Shown here: positions 9,638 to 19,236 of the stretch, in pieces
How positions within the stretch are numbered: the first letter of the stretch is position 1
Layout: every line of letters begins with the position of its first letter
Source: Clostridia bacterium
GTDB taxonomy: Bacteria; Bacillota; Clostridia; Oscillospirales; CAG-272
NCBI GenBank assembly: GCA_017508425.1
Contig: JAFVYZ010000045.1
Location: 5,220-69,219 of the forward strand
Direction: 5' to 3'
Length of the DNA stretch: 64,000 bases
The notes under the pieces: model-generated
The model's database searches: none
Told to the model about the DNA's origin: nothing
What the model saw: only the letters and a program-made list of their open reading frames with translations
Made by a program: the position numbers and the translations under genes

Positions 9638-11893
9638 TTATAAAGTGTCGTCGATGCTGATTTGCATCGCGTCAATATTCTTTTCGCTAAGGAGCACACC
9701 GGTCGCGGGAATCTTGTATTTGCGGTATCCCTTGGCATCACCGTAGCGCTCGGTAAAGTTGGTCAAAACCTCACGTACGCGTTTTTCTTTTTTTCCAAGA
9801 GTAATGATGCTATTGCCCTTGGAGCTGCGTGTGGTCATCACGGGAATGAGCGAGGACTTGACAACGATTGCGCGGTCGCCATCGGTCAAAAGCATCAGCT
9901 CGAAGGGGTTTTTCTCGACCTCGTAGAAGATGCCTGCGATGGGCGACGCGTCGGAATAAGCGCCTGTGAGCTTGCGACGGTTGCCCTTGGCAATGTAAGC
10001 GGTGATGGGTACGCGCACACCCTTGCCGTTTTCAAAGACAAAGACCATATTTTCGCCCTCGGGATAGGTGTTTTGCACGCGCATGAAGATCGGGCGCTCC
10101 TCCTTGTCCATCGAGAGCTTGGCACTCAGGAAGTCGCCCATGGCCGAGGCCTTGGTGGTGATAAAGTCATTGACGGCAACGCGATATACCTGTGCTTTAT
10201 CGGTGAAGATCAAAAGATTATCCTTATTTTCGGCATCAAAAAGCTGGACGATTTCATCGCCATCCTTGAGTTTTTGCTCATCATTTCCGCGAAGAGATTG
10301 GAAGGTAATCTTTTTAAAGTAGCCTTCCTTGGTCAGGACCAAACGCACAGGATAGTTTTCAACGGGATCAATATCCTCTACCTCAGGAATATCCGAGGCG
10401 AAAATAAGCTGTGAGCGGCGAGGCTGTCCGTATTTTTTCTTGATATCAAGGAGCTGTGAAGCAATCTTGGCACGCAGCTTCAATTCATCAGCCAAGGTTT
10501 CTTCGATTTCGGCAATGGCTTGCTTCAAGGCATCCATTTCCGCCAAGCAATTCAAAATGTATTTTTTGTTTAAATTGCGGAGCTTGATATTGGCAACATA
10601 CTCAGCCTGCAGGCGATCGATTCCAAAGCCGTTCATCAAATCGGGCACCACTTGGTCATCGCTTTCGGCGCCGCGAATGATGCGCACGGCCTTGTCAATA
10701 TCAAGTAGGATCTTACCAAGGCCCGTTACGAGATGACGGCGGTCGCGTTTCTTTTTGAGGTCAAAGCGAAGCTCGCGGCGCACACACTCAAGTCGGAAAA
10801 GGATCCATTCCTTTAAAATATCGATCACACCGAGCTGGCGCGGAACCGAATTGATCAAAACGTTAAAATTACATTTGAAGCTATCCTCAAGAGGGGTGAG
10901 CTTGAAGAGCTGATTCATCAGCTTGTCGGGGTCGGTGTCTTTTTTTACCTCAAGGGTGAGTTTAAAGCCGTCAATACCGATCTCGTCGCGGAAATCCACA
11001 ATATCCTTGACCTTGCCTTCCTTGACCAGCGTGGTAATGCTGTCACGGATCGCCTCGATCGTGGTGGAATAGGGAATTTGTAAGATCTCAATGCATCGGG
11101 CCGTCTTGTCATACGTATAGCGAGAACGGATGCGGAAGGAGCCCTGACCGGTTTCGTAAATATTACGCATTTGCTCGCGATCGTAAACGATAAGGCCGCC
11201 ACCCGAAAAATCGGGAGCCTTGATGAGGTCAAGAATACGGTCGATCGAGGCCTTGGGGTTTTTGAGGAGTGCAATGGCACCGTCGCAGACCTCGCCGAGG
11301 TTAAAGGAGCAAATGTTCGAGGCCATACCGACGGCGATACCGACGTTCGGGGTCACCAAGACATTCGGGAAGGTGGTCGGCAGGAGCACGGGCTCCTTCA
11401 TTGTGCCATCGTAGTTGTCAATAAGATCCACAGCGTCCTTGTCAATACCCTCGAAAAGCTCGTGACAAATGGTATCGAGCTTGGCCTCGGTGTAACGGGA
11501 GGCCGCATATTTCATGTCGCTTGAATATTGCTTTCCGAAGCTGCCCTTAGAATCGACAAAGGGGTGCAGGAGCGTCGCGTTGCCACGCGTGAGACGTACC
11601 ATCGTTTCGTAAATGGCGGCATCACCGTGGGGGTTCAGCTTCATGGTTTGACCTACAATATTGGCGCTTTTCGTGCGTGCGCCCGTTAAAAGTCCCATTT
11701 TATACATTGTATAAAGGAGCTTACGGTGCGAGGGCTTAAAGCCGTCGATCTCGGGGATCGCACGCGAAATGATCACGCTCATAACGTAGGGCATATAGTT
11801 TTTTTCAATCGTTTCGGTAATCGGCTGGGGGGTAGCCGGCGCGTGGACGATCTGTGAGAGTGCGGTGACAGGCGAGGATTTTTTCTTTGCCAT
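9638..11893 (-). CDS. Type IIA topoisomerase A subunit (ParC/GyrA-like)
   Basis: SRAIPEIDGFKPSHR, NPHGDAAIYE, AASRYTEAKL (catalytic Tyr), GIAVGMAS; no recognisable GyrA box. Confidence 0.9.
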   Translation of the reverse strand: MAKKKSSPVTALSQIVHAPATPQPITETIEKNYMPYVMSVIISRAIPEIDGFKPSHRKLLYTMYKMGLLTGARTKSANIVGQTMKLNPHGDAAIYETMVRLTRGNATLLHPFVDSKGSFGKQYSSDMKYAASRYTEAKLDTICHELFEGIDKDAVDLIDNYDGTMKEPVLLPTTFPNVLVTPNVGIAVGMASNICSFNLGEVCDGAIALLKNPKASIDRILDLIKAPDFSGGGLIVYDREQMRNIYETGQGSFRIRSRYTYDKTARCIEILQIPYSTTIEAIRDSITTLVKEGKVKDIVDFRDEIGIDGFKLTLEVKKDTDPDKLMNQLFKLTPLEDSFKCNFNVLINSVPRQLGVIDILKEWILFRLECVRRELRFDLKKKRDRRHLVTGLGKILLDIDKAVRIIRGAESDDQVVPDLMNGFGIDRLQAEYVANIKLRNLNKKYILNCLAEMDALKQAIAEIEETLADELKLRAKIASQLLDIKKKYGQPRRSQLIFASDIPEVEDIDPVENYPVRLVLTKEGYFKKITFQSLRGNDEQKLKDGDEIVQLFDAENKDNLLIFTDKAQVYRVAVNDFITTKASAMGDFLSAKLSMDKEERPIFMRVQNTYPEGENMVFVFENGKGVRVPITAYIAKGNRRKLTGAYSDASPIAGIFYEVEKNPFELMLLTDGDRAIVVKSSLIPVMTTRSSKGNSIITLGKKEKRVREVLTNFTERYGDAKGYRKYKIPATGVLLSEKNIDAMQISIDDTL

Positions 11894-11916
11894 ATCGTGA
11901 TAACCTTTCTGTTGCG

Positions 11917-12957
11917 TTAAACTTTCTTTACGGTGTGTGCAGCGGCACGAATGAGACGGTTATAGAGTGCAAGCCCAAGGCCTTTTTGAGGCGGCAAATG
12001 GGCAAAAAGAGCCGTAATATTAGGGTTTGTATCCGCCTCGCGCAGCACGGCAAATAAGCGGTGCGCTTGCGTTGAGAGATCATCCTTGGCACCCACGGAA
12101 AAAAGGACGGCACCCTGAGGCATTTTCGGTATTTCTTCATCGTAGCAAAGAATACCGGTGTTTGCATTCTTGGCCGCCTCACACATAAAGGCGGTGACCG
12201 CCTCATCTTCGCCATCAAGCAGTGTTAAGGGGGCACCCGGTGCGTAATGACGGTATTTCATACCGGGGGAAAGCGGCTTTTCATTTTCGCGCAGTCCTTC
12301 AACGACCGCGGGGGCGATTTCAACCTCGCCAAGGGCAAGGCAAAGTGCATCGTATGTAATGGCCCCGGGGCGCAGGAGTGTCGGCTTTTCGCCGGCAAGA
12401 GAAACAATGGTGGATTCAAGCCCTACCTCTGCGGCACCGCCGTCAATGATAATATCGACCTTCCCCAAAAGATCGTTAACGACGTGTGAGGCAAGCGTGG
12501 GGGAGGGCTTGCCCGAAAGATTGGCGGAGGGGGCGGCGATGGGGACGCCTGCCGCTTTGATAAGCGCATGAGCCACAGGATGTGCCGGGCAGCGAAGTGC
12601 TACGGTATCAAGCCCACCGGTTACGGTTTTGGGCACGATGTCCTTTTTTGGCAAAATGACGGTAAGCGGTCCCGGCATAAACTGTGCCGCAAGCCGATCG
12701 TAAAGATCGTTTGTATAGGCATATTTTTCGGCCTCTTTGGGCTCGGAAATGTGTAGAATGAGGGGGTTGTCCGATGGACGTCCCTTGGCGCGATAAATGG
12801 CTTCAGCAGCCAAAGGGTCGGTTCCGTTACCTCCAATCCCATAGACGGTCTCGGTGGGGAATACCACAAGACCGCCGTGGCAGATCACATCGGCAGCGTG
12901 CGCGATCTCCGCGTTTTTATCGGTTGTGTCTAAAACGGTCAGTAATTCGGTTTTCAA
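11917..12957 (-). CDS. sua5: L-threonylcarbamoyladenylate synthase, Sua5 type
   Basis: FPTETVYG, KGRPSDNPLILH, APSANLSG, SPGMKYRHYAP plus C-terminal SUA5 domain. Confidence 0.94.
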   Translation of the reverse strand: MKTELLTVLDTTDKNAEIAHAADVICHGGLVVFPTETVYGIGGNGTDPLAAEAIYRAKGRPSDNPLILHISEPKEAEKYAYTNDLYDRLAAQFMPGPLTVILPKKDIVPKTVTGGLDTVALRCPAHPVAHALIKAAGVPIAAPSANLSGKPSPTLASHVVNDLLGKVDIIIDGGAAEVGLESTIVSLAGEKPTLLRPGAITYDALCLALGEVEIAPAVVEGLRENEKPLSPGMKYRHYAPGAPLTLLDGEDEAVTAFMCEAAKNANTGILCYDEEIPKMPQGAVLFSVGAKDDLSTQAHRLFAVLREADTNPNITALFAHLPPQKGLGLALYNRLIRAAAHTVKKV

Positions 12958-12969
12958 GCCAAAAACTCC

Positions 12970-14037
12970 TTAGGTTTCTTGTTGCAATTTAAGGGCGGTA
13001 TCGGCCGCGATCAGCGCATCAATGACGTCACCGATGTTGCCGTTTAAAATTTTTTCAAGTGAATACAGTGTCAGCCCGATGCGATGATCGGTCAGGCGCC
13101 CTTGAGGATAATTATAGGTTCTGATACGCTCACTGCGATCACCTGTCCCCACTTGGGTGCGTCTTGTGCTTGCGATCTCGTTGTTTCTTGCTGTTTGCTT
13201 GATGTCAAGCAATTTTGCATAGAGCATTTTGAGGGCTTTGTCACGGTTTTTAAACTGACTGCGCTCCTCCTGACATTCGACCACAATACCGGTTGGCTTA
13301 TGCGTCAGGCGGACTGCGGATTCGGTTTTGTTGATGTGCTGACCACCGGCGCCGCTGCTTTTGCAGGATTCCATAATAATGTCGGCGGGGTTGATCTCAA
13401 CGTCAACGGCTTCGGCCTCGGGGAGGACGGCTACCGTTACAGTAGAGGTTTGAATGCGTCCTTGCGATTCGGTTACGGGGACGCGCTGAACACGGTGTAC
13501 GCCCGATTCAAATTTGAATCTTGAATAAGCGCCGTCGCCCTCTACCATAAACACGATCTCGCGAAAGCCGCCGAGCTCGGTCTCATTTTGACTCATACGC
13601 GAGGTTTTGAATCCGGCGGTTTCGGCGTACATCGCATACATACGGTATAAAACGGCGGCAAATAACGCCGCTTCCTCACCGCCGGCCCCGGCGCGGATCT
13701 CTACAATGACGTTTTTATCGTCATTCTCGTCGCGCGGCAAGAGCAAGATCTTCAGCTCCTGTTCCAGTGCTGTAAGCCGGGCTTCGAGTGCTCTTATTTC
13801 CTCAGCGGCAAGAGCCTTGATCTCGCGGTCCTCCGTTGAAAGAAGAAGATCTTTGGCATCCATTAGCTCTTCGCTTGTTTTTTGATACGTGCGGTAAGCG
13901 GTTGCCAGGGGCTCAAGTCGGCGGTATTCCTTAATGAGTGCGGTGTACGCAGCGTTGTCGGTGACAACGGCCGGGTCGGCACTGCGTTCTTCCAGCTCGC
14001 GGAAGCGTGTTTCCGCGACGATCAGCTTGTCAAACAT
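12970..14037 (-). CDS. prfA: Peptide chain release factor 1
   Basis: GVHRVQRVPVTE (PxT), GAGGQHINKT, RSERIRTYNYPQ. Confidence 0.97.
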   Translation of the reverse strand: MFDKLIVAETRFRELEERSADPAVVTDNAAYTALIKEYRRLEPLATAYRTYQKTSEELMDAKDLLLSTEDREIKALAAEEIRALEARLTALEQELKILLLPRDENDDKNVIVEIRAGAGGEEAALFAAVLYRMYAMYAETAGFKTSRMSQNETELGGFREIVFMVEGDGAYSRFKFESGVHRVQRVPVTESQGRIQTSTVTVAVLPEAEAVDVEINPADIIMESCKSSGAGGQHINKTESAVRLTHKPTGIVVECQEERSQFKNRDKALKMLYAKLLDIKQTARNNEIASTRRTQVGTGDRSERIRTYNYPQGRLTDHRIGLTLYSLEKILNGNIGDVIDALIAADTALKLQQET

Positions 14038-15422
14038 CAGGCGCGCGAGAAGGCGACAAAGGCACGGTAGGCCTCATAAAGATCTACCTTGGAGATCACC
14101 TCGTAAGGGGCGTGCATCGAAATGACAGGAACGCCGAGATCCACGGTTTCAATATTGTGCTCGGCAATATACTTGGCAACCGTGCCGCCACCGCCGATAT
14201 CGACCTTGCCGAGCTCACCGGCTTGCCATACGATCCCTGCATCCTCCATCACCTTGCGCAGCCATCCCACGTATTCGGCGCTGGCGTCATTCGTGGAGGA
14301 TTTGCCGCGTGAGCCGGTGTATTTGGTCAGTACAACACCTGCCGAAAGCAAGGGGGTGTTTCGTTTTTCAAAAACATCGGAGAAGTTGGGGTCAAAGGCA
14401 CAGGAAACGTCAGCCGAAAGGCATTTCGAATGAAGACGAACCACGGCAGGGTTTCCACCAAGGGCGGTTGCCATTTCGTTCAACAGGTCAGGCAAAAGAG
14501 CACTCTTCATACCCGTATTGCCGTCGCTACCCGTTTCCTCTTTATCGGCAAGCACGCAAAGCAGGGTGTGCTTGGGGGCGGTTTCCTCTAAAATAGCGGT
14601 AAGAGCCGGGTATGCGCATACGCGGTCATCGTGCCCGTACGCGCCGACCAAGGAACGGTCAAATCCAATATCGCGGGCCTTGAAGGCGGGCACAAGTGAA
14701 AGCTCGGCTGAGAGAAAATCATCCTCGGTAATGCCGTATTTTTCGTTTAAAAGAATCATCGTATTCAGCTTGATCGCCTCGCCCTCGGCACCCACGAACG
14801 GGCGGCTGCCGACAAGGACATTCAGCTTTTCGCCGGGGATGGCCTCACCCAAGGGCTTTTTGTCGGTCTCGTGGCCGAGATTGGGGAGTAGATCGTTGAT
14901 ATAAAACACGGGGTCGTTTTCATCCTCGCCAATACTTACTGTAACGCGTGCCCCGTCCTTTTTGACGATCACACCGTGAAGCGAAAGCGGCGTTGCGACC
15001 CATTGATACTTGCGAATGCCGCCGTAGTAATGCGTTTTGAAAAAGCTCATCCCGCCGTCCTCAAAAAGAGGGCATTGCTTCAGATCCAGGCGGGGGGAGT
15101 CAATGTGTGCGGCGTTGATGCGCACACCCTTTTCGATCGGCTCGGTGCCGATCACGAAAAGATAAAGGCTTTTGTCACGATTGTTAAAGTAAAATTTATC
15201 ACCTGCCGCAAGGGGCATACCCAGTGAGTAGGGGCGAAAGCCTTTTTCCTCAGCCATCTTCACCGCGGTAGCAACCGCCTCACGCTCGGTTTTGGCGGCA
15301 TCCAAAAAGGCCTTATAGCCCTTAGCGTATTCAAATGCCGTATCAACAACAGCAGCATCGTTGCGATCATAAACGCTTTTCTTTTTGTATAAGAGCTTTT
15401 CGCTCAGTTCCTTTGCGTTCAT
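14037..15422 (-). CDS. M18 family aminopeptidase
   Basis: AHIDSPRLDLK, YYGGIRKYQW, GHDDRVC, DKEETGS, SADV, GGGGT, MHAPYE. Confidence 0.92.
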   Translation of the reverse strand: MNAKELSEKLLYKKKSVYDRNDAAVVDTAFEYAKGYKAFLDAAKTEREAVATAVKMAEEKGFRPYSLGMPLAAGDKFYFNNRDKSLYLFVIGTEPIEKGVRINAAHIDSPRLDLKQCPLFEDGGMSFFKTHYYGGIRKYQWVATPLSLHGVIVKKDGARVTVSIGEDENDPVFYINDLLPNLGHETDKKPLGEAIPGEKLNVLVGSRPFVGAEGEAIKLNTMILLNEKYGITEDDFLSAELSLVPAFKARDIGFDRSLVGAYGHDDRVCAYPALTAILEETAPKHTLLCVLADKEETGSDGNTGMKSALLPDLLNEMATALGGNPAVVRLHSKCLSADVSCAFDPNFSDVFEKRNTPLLSAGVVLTKYTGSRGKSSTNDASAEYVGWLRKVMEDAGIVWQAGELGKVDIGGGGTVAKYIAEHNIETVDLGVPVISMHAPYEVISKVDLYEAYRAFVAFSRA

Positions 15423-15424
15423 AT

Positions 15425-16003
15425 TTACTCCTTCAACTGGTATTTTTTAAGATATTCGTGGTAGGCATCAAGGACCCTTGCCACGTAATTTTCGGTTTCT
15501 TCAAACGGAATGGTAAACAGGACCGTACCGTCCGAAAGGGTGGGATCTGCAAGCCAAGCGGCAACACGACCCTCGCCTGCATTGTAAGCGGCAAGGGCAG
15601 CCTGCCAATGGCCAAACCGCTCGAAAAGGTAAGAAAGGTAATAGGTGCCGTAGCGTACGTTGACGGTCGGGTCCCAAAGATCCTTGTCCGAAAGGTCCTC
15701 GTGCAAATGCTCTTTTTTTAAATAGCGAAACGTATCGGGTAAGATTTGCATCAGGCCCTGTGCGCCCACGGAGGAGTGAGCATCGGCCTTAAAATCGCTT
15801 TCGACACGAATGACCGCCATCACCATGGCGGGGGACACGTGATAGGCGCGCGCCGATAAAAGCACGGAATCATAAATCGCATCCTCACGCCGTTGGCGCA
15901 TAAGACCGGTGCCAAGATCGGCCAAAAAAATGGACAAAATGGCAAGAAGCAGGAAAAGGGAAACGATCGTTAATGGATGCTTGGACGCTCCTTGTTTACG
16001 CAT
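15425..16003 (-). CDS. Lytic transglycosylase (SLT domain), membrane anchored
   Basis: AVIRVESDF, GAQGLMQI, AAYNAG, ETENYV. Confidence 0.9.
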   Translation of the reverse strand: MRKQGASKHPLTIVSLFLLLAILSIFLADLGTGLMRQRREDAIYDSVLLSARAYHVSPAMVMAVIRVESDFKADAHSSVGAQGLMQILPDTFRYLKKEHLHEDLSDKDLWDPTVNVRYGTYYLSYLFERFGHWQAALAAYNAGEGRVAAWLADPTLSDGTVLFTIPFEETENYVARVLDAYHEYLKKYQLKE

Positions 16004-16611
16004 TCTTTTAAAACCCCCGTTTTTAAAAGCAGATCTGTCAGTGCTTTTTGAAGGTCGGCCTTGTCGGCATTGTTTTCAAGAATGTAATCGCACCGCTCAC
16101 GGTAAAAATCATCGCTTTTTTGGGCATTTAACCGTTTCTCGGCCGCCTCTTTAGATAGGGAATCGCGTGCCATGATCCGCGCCTCTCTCAGGTTCTTGTT
16201 TGCGATAATACCGATGACAAAATCACATTCAAGATGAGCGTTTGCCTCGAAAAGCAGGGGCGCATCGATCACTGCGGCAACAACGCCGCGCGCCTTGAAG
16301 TCCGCTAAACCTTTCTTCAACTCGCTCATAACATATTTATGAGTGACTTTGTTCAAAGTATGCAAAAGCGCGGGGGTGTTGGGCTTGCCGAAAACGGTTG
16401 CGGCCAAGCGCTCGCGCGATACTAGACCCTTTTCATCAAGAATGTCATTGCCGAAGGTAGCGGTCAACTCATTGGTGCAATCACCATGCTTCAAAAGAAG
16501 TGCATGATAGATCGCATCGGCATCAAGGATCGGGATGCCGAAGGTGCGAAAGATGTCTGCGGCGGCGCTTTTGCCGGCACCGCTGCTGCCTGTAAGACCA
16601 ATCACTTGCAT
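15970..16611 (-). CDS. coaE: Dephospho-CoA kinase
   Basis: IGLTGSSGAGKS, DAD, DAPLLFE. Confidence 0.93.
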   Translation of the reverse strand: MQVIGLTGSSGAGKSAAADIFRTFGIPILDADAIYHALLLKHGDCTNELTATFGNDILDEKGLVSRERLAATVFGKPNTPALLHTLNKVTHKYVMSELKKGLADFKARGVVAAVIDAPLLFEANAHLECDFVIGIIANKNLREARIMARDSLSKEAAEKRLNAQKSDDFYRERCDYILENNADKADLQKALTDLLLKTGVLKECVNKERPSIH

Positions 16612-16644
16612 AAAAGCACCCCCAAAAGATTATTATTAAATAGT

Positions 16645-16732
16645 ATTATACTACATTTAGTATTAAAATGCAAGAGAAAATCACAACATAGTGTGTTTTT
16701 GACTTGAAATTTTTGAGGTTTTAGGTTATAAT
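16645..16732. promoter_or_regulatory. Divergent SigA-type promoters (coaE directon; HAD-murB-whiA-dnaE directon)
   Basis: Minus strand TTGCAT-N17-TATAAT (16673-16645); plus strand TTGAAA-N17-TATAAT (16704-16732). Confidence 0.7.
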
Positions 16733-16765
16733 GAATGCTGGAGTAAGATTTCCTTTGTGGGGGTG

Positions 16766-17461
16766 ATGGATTTGAGCAAGTATAAAATCATTCTTTTTGA
16801 TGCGGACAATACGCTGTTTGATTTTTCCCGTGCCGAGCGTGAGGCACTTTCGGATACTCTCAGGGCCTCCGGAATTGAGCCGACCGAGGAGCGAATTGAA
16901 GCCTATATTGCAATAAACGATCGCTTGTGGAAGCGCCTTGAGCGCGGAGAGATCGAAAAAGACGCCCTGCGTGAGGAGCGCTTTCGCGAGCTTTGCGAGG
17001 TATTCAGCTTTTCGGCAAGCGTCTCCAAATTGGCAGGGGATTACGTAGAATTTTTATCGCGCAAAGCATATCTGCTTGAGGGAGCGGAGGAAATTTGCCG
17101 TTCTCTTGCCGAAAAATACCGCTTATACATCGTAACCAACGGCATTAAGACCGTACAGGAGAGACGCTTTTCCGCATGTGAGCTAAAGCCCTTTTTTGAG
17201 GACCTGTTTATTTCGGAAGAGCTCGGCTTTGAAAAGCCGCATCGCAGTTACTTTGACGCCGTTGCCGCGCGCATTTCGGATTTTTCGCCCGAACATGCGT
17301 TGATCGTGGGTGACTCCCTGACCTCGGATATGAGGGGCGGTGTCAATTACGGCATTGACACTTGCTGGTATAACCCGAACGGCGTCGAAAACAAGCAAAA
17401 ATTGCCCATTACCTATCAGATCAGGGCTTTGGGGGATCTTATCCCCCTGCTCCTTGCTTGA
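16766..17461 (+). CDS. YjjG-family HAD nucleotidase
   Basis: LFDADNTLFDF, VTNG, EKP, VGDSLTSD; start uncertain (16757-16772). Confidence 0.88.
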   Translation: MDLSKYKIILFDADNTLFDFSRAEREALSDTLRASGIEPTEERIEAYIAINDRLWKRLERGEIEKDALREERFRELCEVFSFSASVSKLAGDYVEFLSRKAYLLEGAEEICRSLAEKYRLYIVTNGIKTVQERRFSACELKPFFEDLFISEELGFEKPHRSYFDAVAARISDFSPEHALIVGDSLTSDMRGGVNYGIDTCWYNPNGVENKQKLPITYQIRALGDLIPLLLA

Positions 17462-18363
17462 TGCGGCCGCGCATTGAGGAAGTTTTAAAGGAACAACGTA
17501 TAAATTTTATTTTAAACGCAAAAACCGACATGCTTTCCACCTTCCGCATCGGCGGTACGTGCGATATTTTGGTGGAGCCCTGCTGTCTTAATGAGCTGAT
17601 TACCGCCGTTATGATTTGCGAACGCGTGGGGGTCCCCTATACGGTCATTGGCCGCGGAAGCAACATACTCTTTCCCGACGGGCATCTTGAGCGGGTGCTG
17701 ATCCGCACCTCGCGACTTACCGGAGTGCGTCGCGAGGGGAGTGCTTTTATCGTCGATTGCGGCGTAAGCCTGCCACGCCTTTCACGCCTTGCGGCCTCGC
17801 TCGGATTTTCCGATCTTGCCTTTGCATGCGGAATTCCCGGCACGGTTGGCGGCGGTGTCTTTATGAATGCCGGTGCACACGGGAAATCTCTTGGAGAGCT
17901 TGTGAAATGGGTAAAAGTATTGTGTCCCGAGACGGGCAAAATAAAGACTATTTTTAATGAAGAATTGAGTTTTTCTTATCGAAATAGCGCATTTCAACAA
18001 AATAACCATATTATTTTGCAGGTTTGTCTATCGCTTTTTGAAGCTCAGGATCCCGATGCGGTCGCAGCCAAGATCAAGGCCAATCTTTTGCAAAGATCCG
18101 CCACTCAGCCGCTTTCTTTCCCCTCGGCCGGCAGCGTTTTTCGGCGCCGAAGCGAGGGGGAGCCTCTTGGTCGTATTATTGATGATTTGGGTCTGAAGGG
18201 CATCCGCTGCGGCGGTGCTGTCGTATCCGAAAAGCACGCCGGATTTATTGTGAATTTGGGGGATGCCAAGGCTGAGGACGTCAAAACATTGATCGCGATC
18301 ATAAAGGGGATCGTCAAACGAAAAAAAGGCTTTGAGCCCGACGTGGAAATTAAAATACTGTAA
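17461..18363 (+). CDS. murB: UDP-N-acetylenolpyruvoylglucosamine reductase
   Basis: TFRIGG, GRGSNIL, GIPGTVGG.VFMNAGAHG, FSYRNS, PSAGSVF, KHAGFIVN. Confidence 0.94.
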   Translation: MRPRIEEVLKEQRINFILNAKTDMLSTFRIGGTCDILVEPCCLNELITAVMICERVGVPYTVIGRGSNILFPDGHLERVLIRTSRLTGVRREGSAFIVDCGVSLPRLSRLAASLGFSDLAFACGIPGTVGGGVFMNAGAHGKSLGELVKWVKVLCPETGKIKTIFNEELSFSYRNSAFQQNNHIILQVCLSLFEAQDPDAVAAKIKANLLQRSATQPLSFPSAGSVFRRRSEGEPLGRIIDDLGLKGIRCGGAVVSEKHAGFIVNLGDAKAEDVKTLIAIIKGIVKRKKGFEPDVEIKIL

Positions 18364-18376
18364 GTGAGGAAAAAGG

Positions 18377-19216
18377 ATGAACTACTCGTTGCAACTAAAG
18401 GATGAATTGATCGCATACGCGCCGCGAAAAGCGTGTTGTAAAAAATCGTATATGCGCGGTCTTTTTATCAATGCCGCGAGGACTAAAAGTAATTCTATCG
18501 TTCTCTCGTTGACTGCGCTTTCCGCGCGTCACGAGTGCGCGCGCGTTTATCGCGAGATCTATCGCGCGGAGGCGTTGATCGACTCGAGAAAGATGCTGTT
18601 TTCTTCAAGCCGTTTGTATCGCGAGCTCACCGAAAGCATGCCGTCCTTTGATTGTCCGCGTTGTAAAATGCATTTTTTGCGTGGCGCTTTTGTGTCGGCA
18701 GGGTCTATGACCGATCCTGATAAATCCTATCATCTTGAATTTAAGGTTTTTGATGAGGAGGGACAATCGCTCCTGAATTCGCTGTTTCAAGAGCATGGGT
18801 GGCGTGGGAGCGAGCGCTCACACCGCGACGGCGTTGGTATTTATTTCAAAAAAAGCGCTACGATCGAGGAGATCCTCTCAGCGCTGGGTGCCAATACGGC
18901 ACTTTTTGCCTTGATGAATGCCAAGATCGAGCGCGGCATTCGAAACGAAGAAAACCGTGCGACGAATTGTGTGGCCAAAAACATTGGAAAATCGATCGAG
19001 GCATCGACGAAGGTGATTGATGCCATTCTTCGGATCCGCGAGGCGGCACGCTTTGAGGCCATGCCGCAGGAGCTTTGCGAGACCGCACAGCTTCGTGAGA
19101 AAAATCCCGACGCATCGCTGTCGGATTTGGCCAAGCTTCATAATCCGCCGCTTACAAAGTCGGGATTAAATCACAGACTTCAAAAGATCGTTCAATTTTC
19201 TCAAAATATGACGTAA
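18377..19216 (+). CDS. whiA: DNA-binding protein WhiA
   Basis: FLRGAFV.AGS.TDP.KSYHLE, NRATNC..AN-like, KSGLNHRL. Confidence 0.9.
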   Translation: MNYSLQLKDELIAYAPRKACCKKSYMRGLFINAARTKSNSIVLSLTALSARHECARVYREIYRAEALIDSRKMLFSSSRLYRELTESMPSFDCPRCKMHFLRGAFVSAGSMTDPDKSYHLEFKVFDEEGQSLLNSLFQEHGWRGSERSHRDGVGIYFKKSATIEEILSALGANTALFALMNAKIERGIRNEENRATNCVAKNIGKSIEASTKVIDAILRIREAARFEAMPQELCETAQLREKNPDASLSDLAKLHNPPLTKSGLNHRLQKIVQFSQNMT

Positions 19217-19236
19217 AAATCAAGGGAGGTGAGTGC

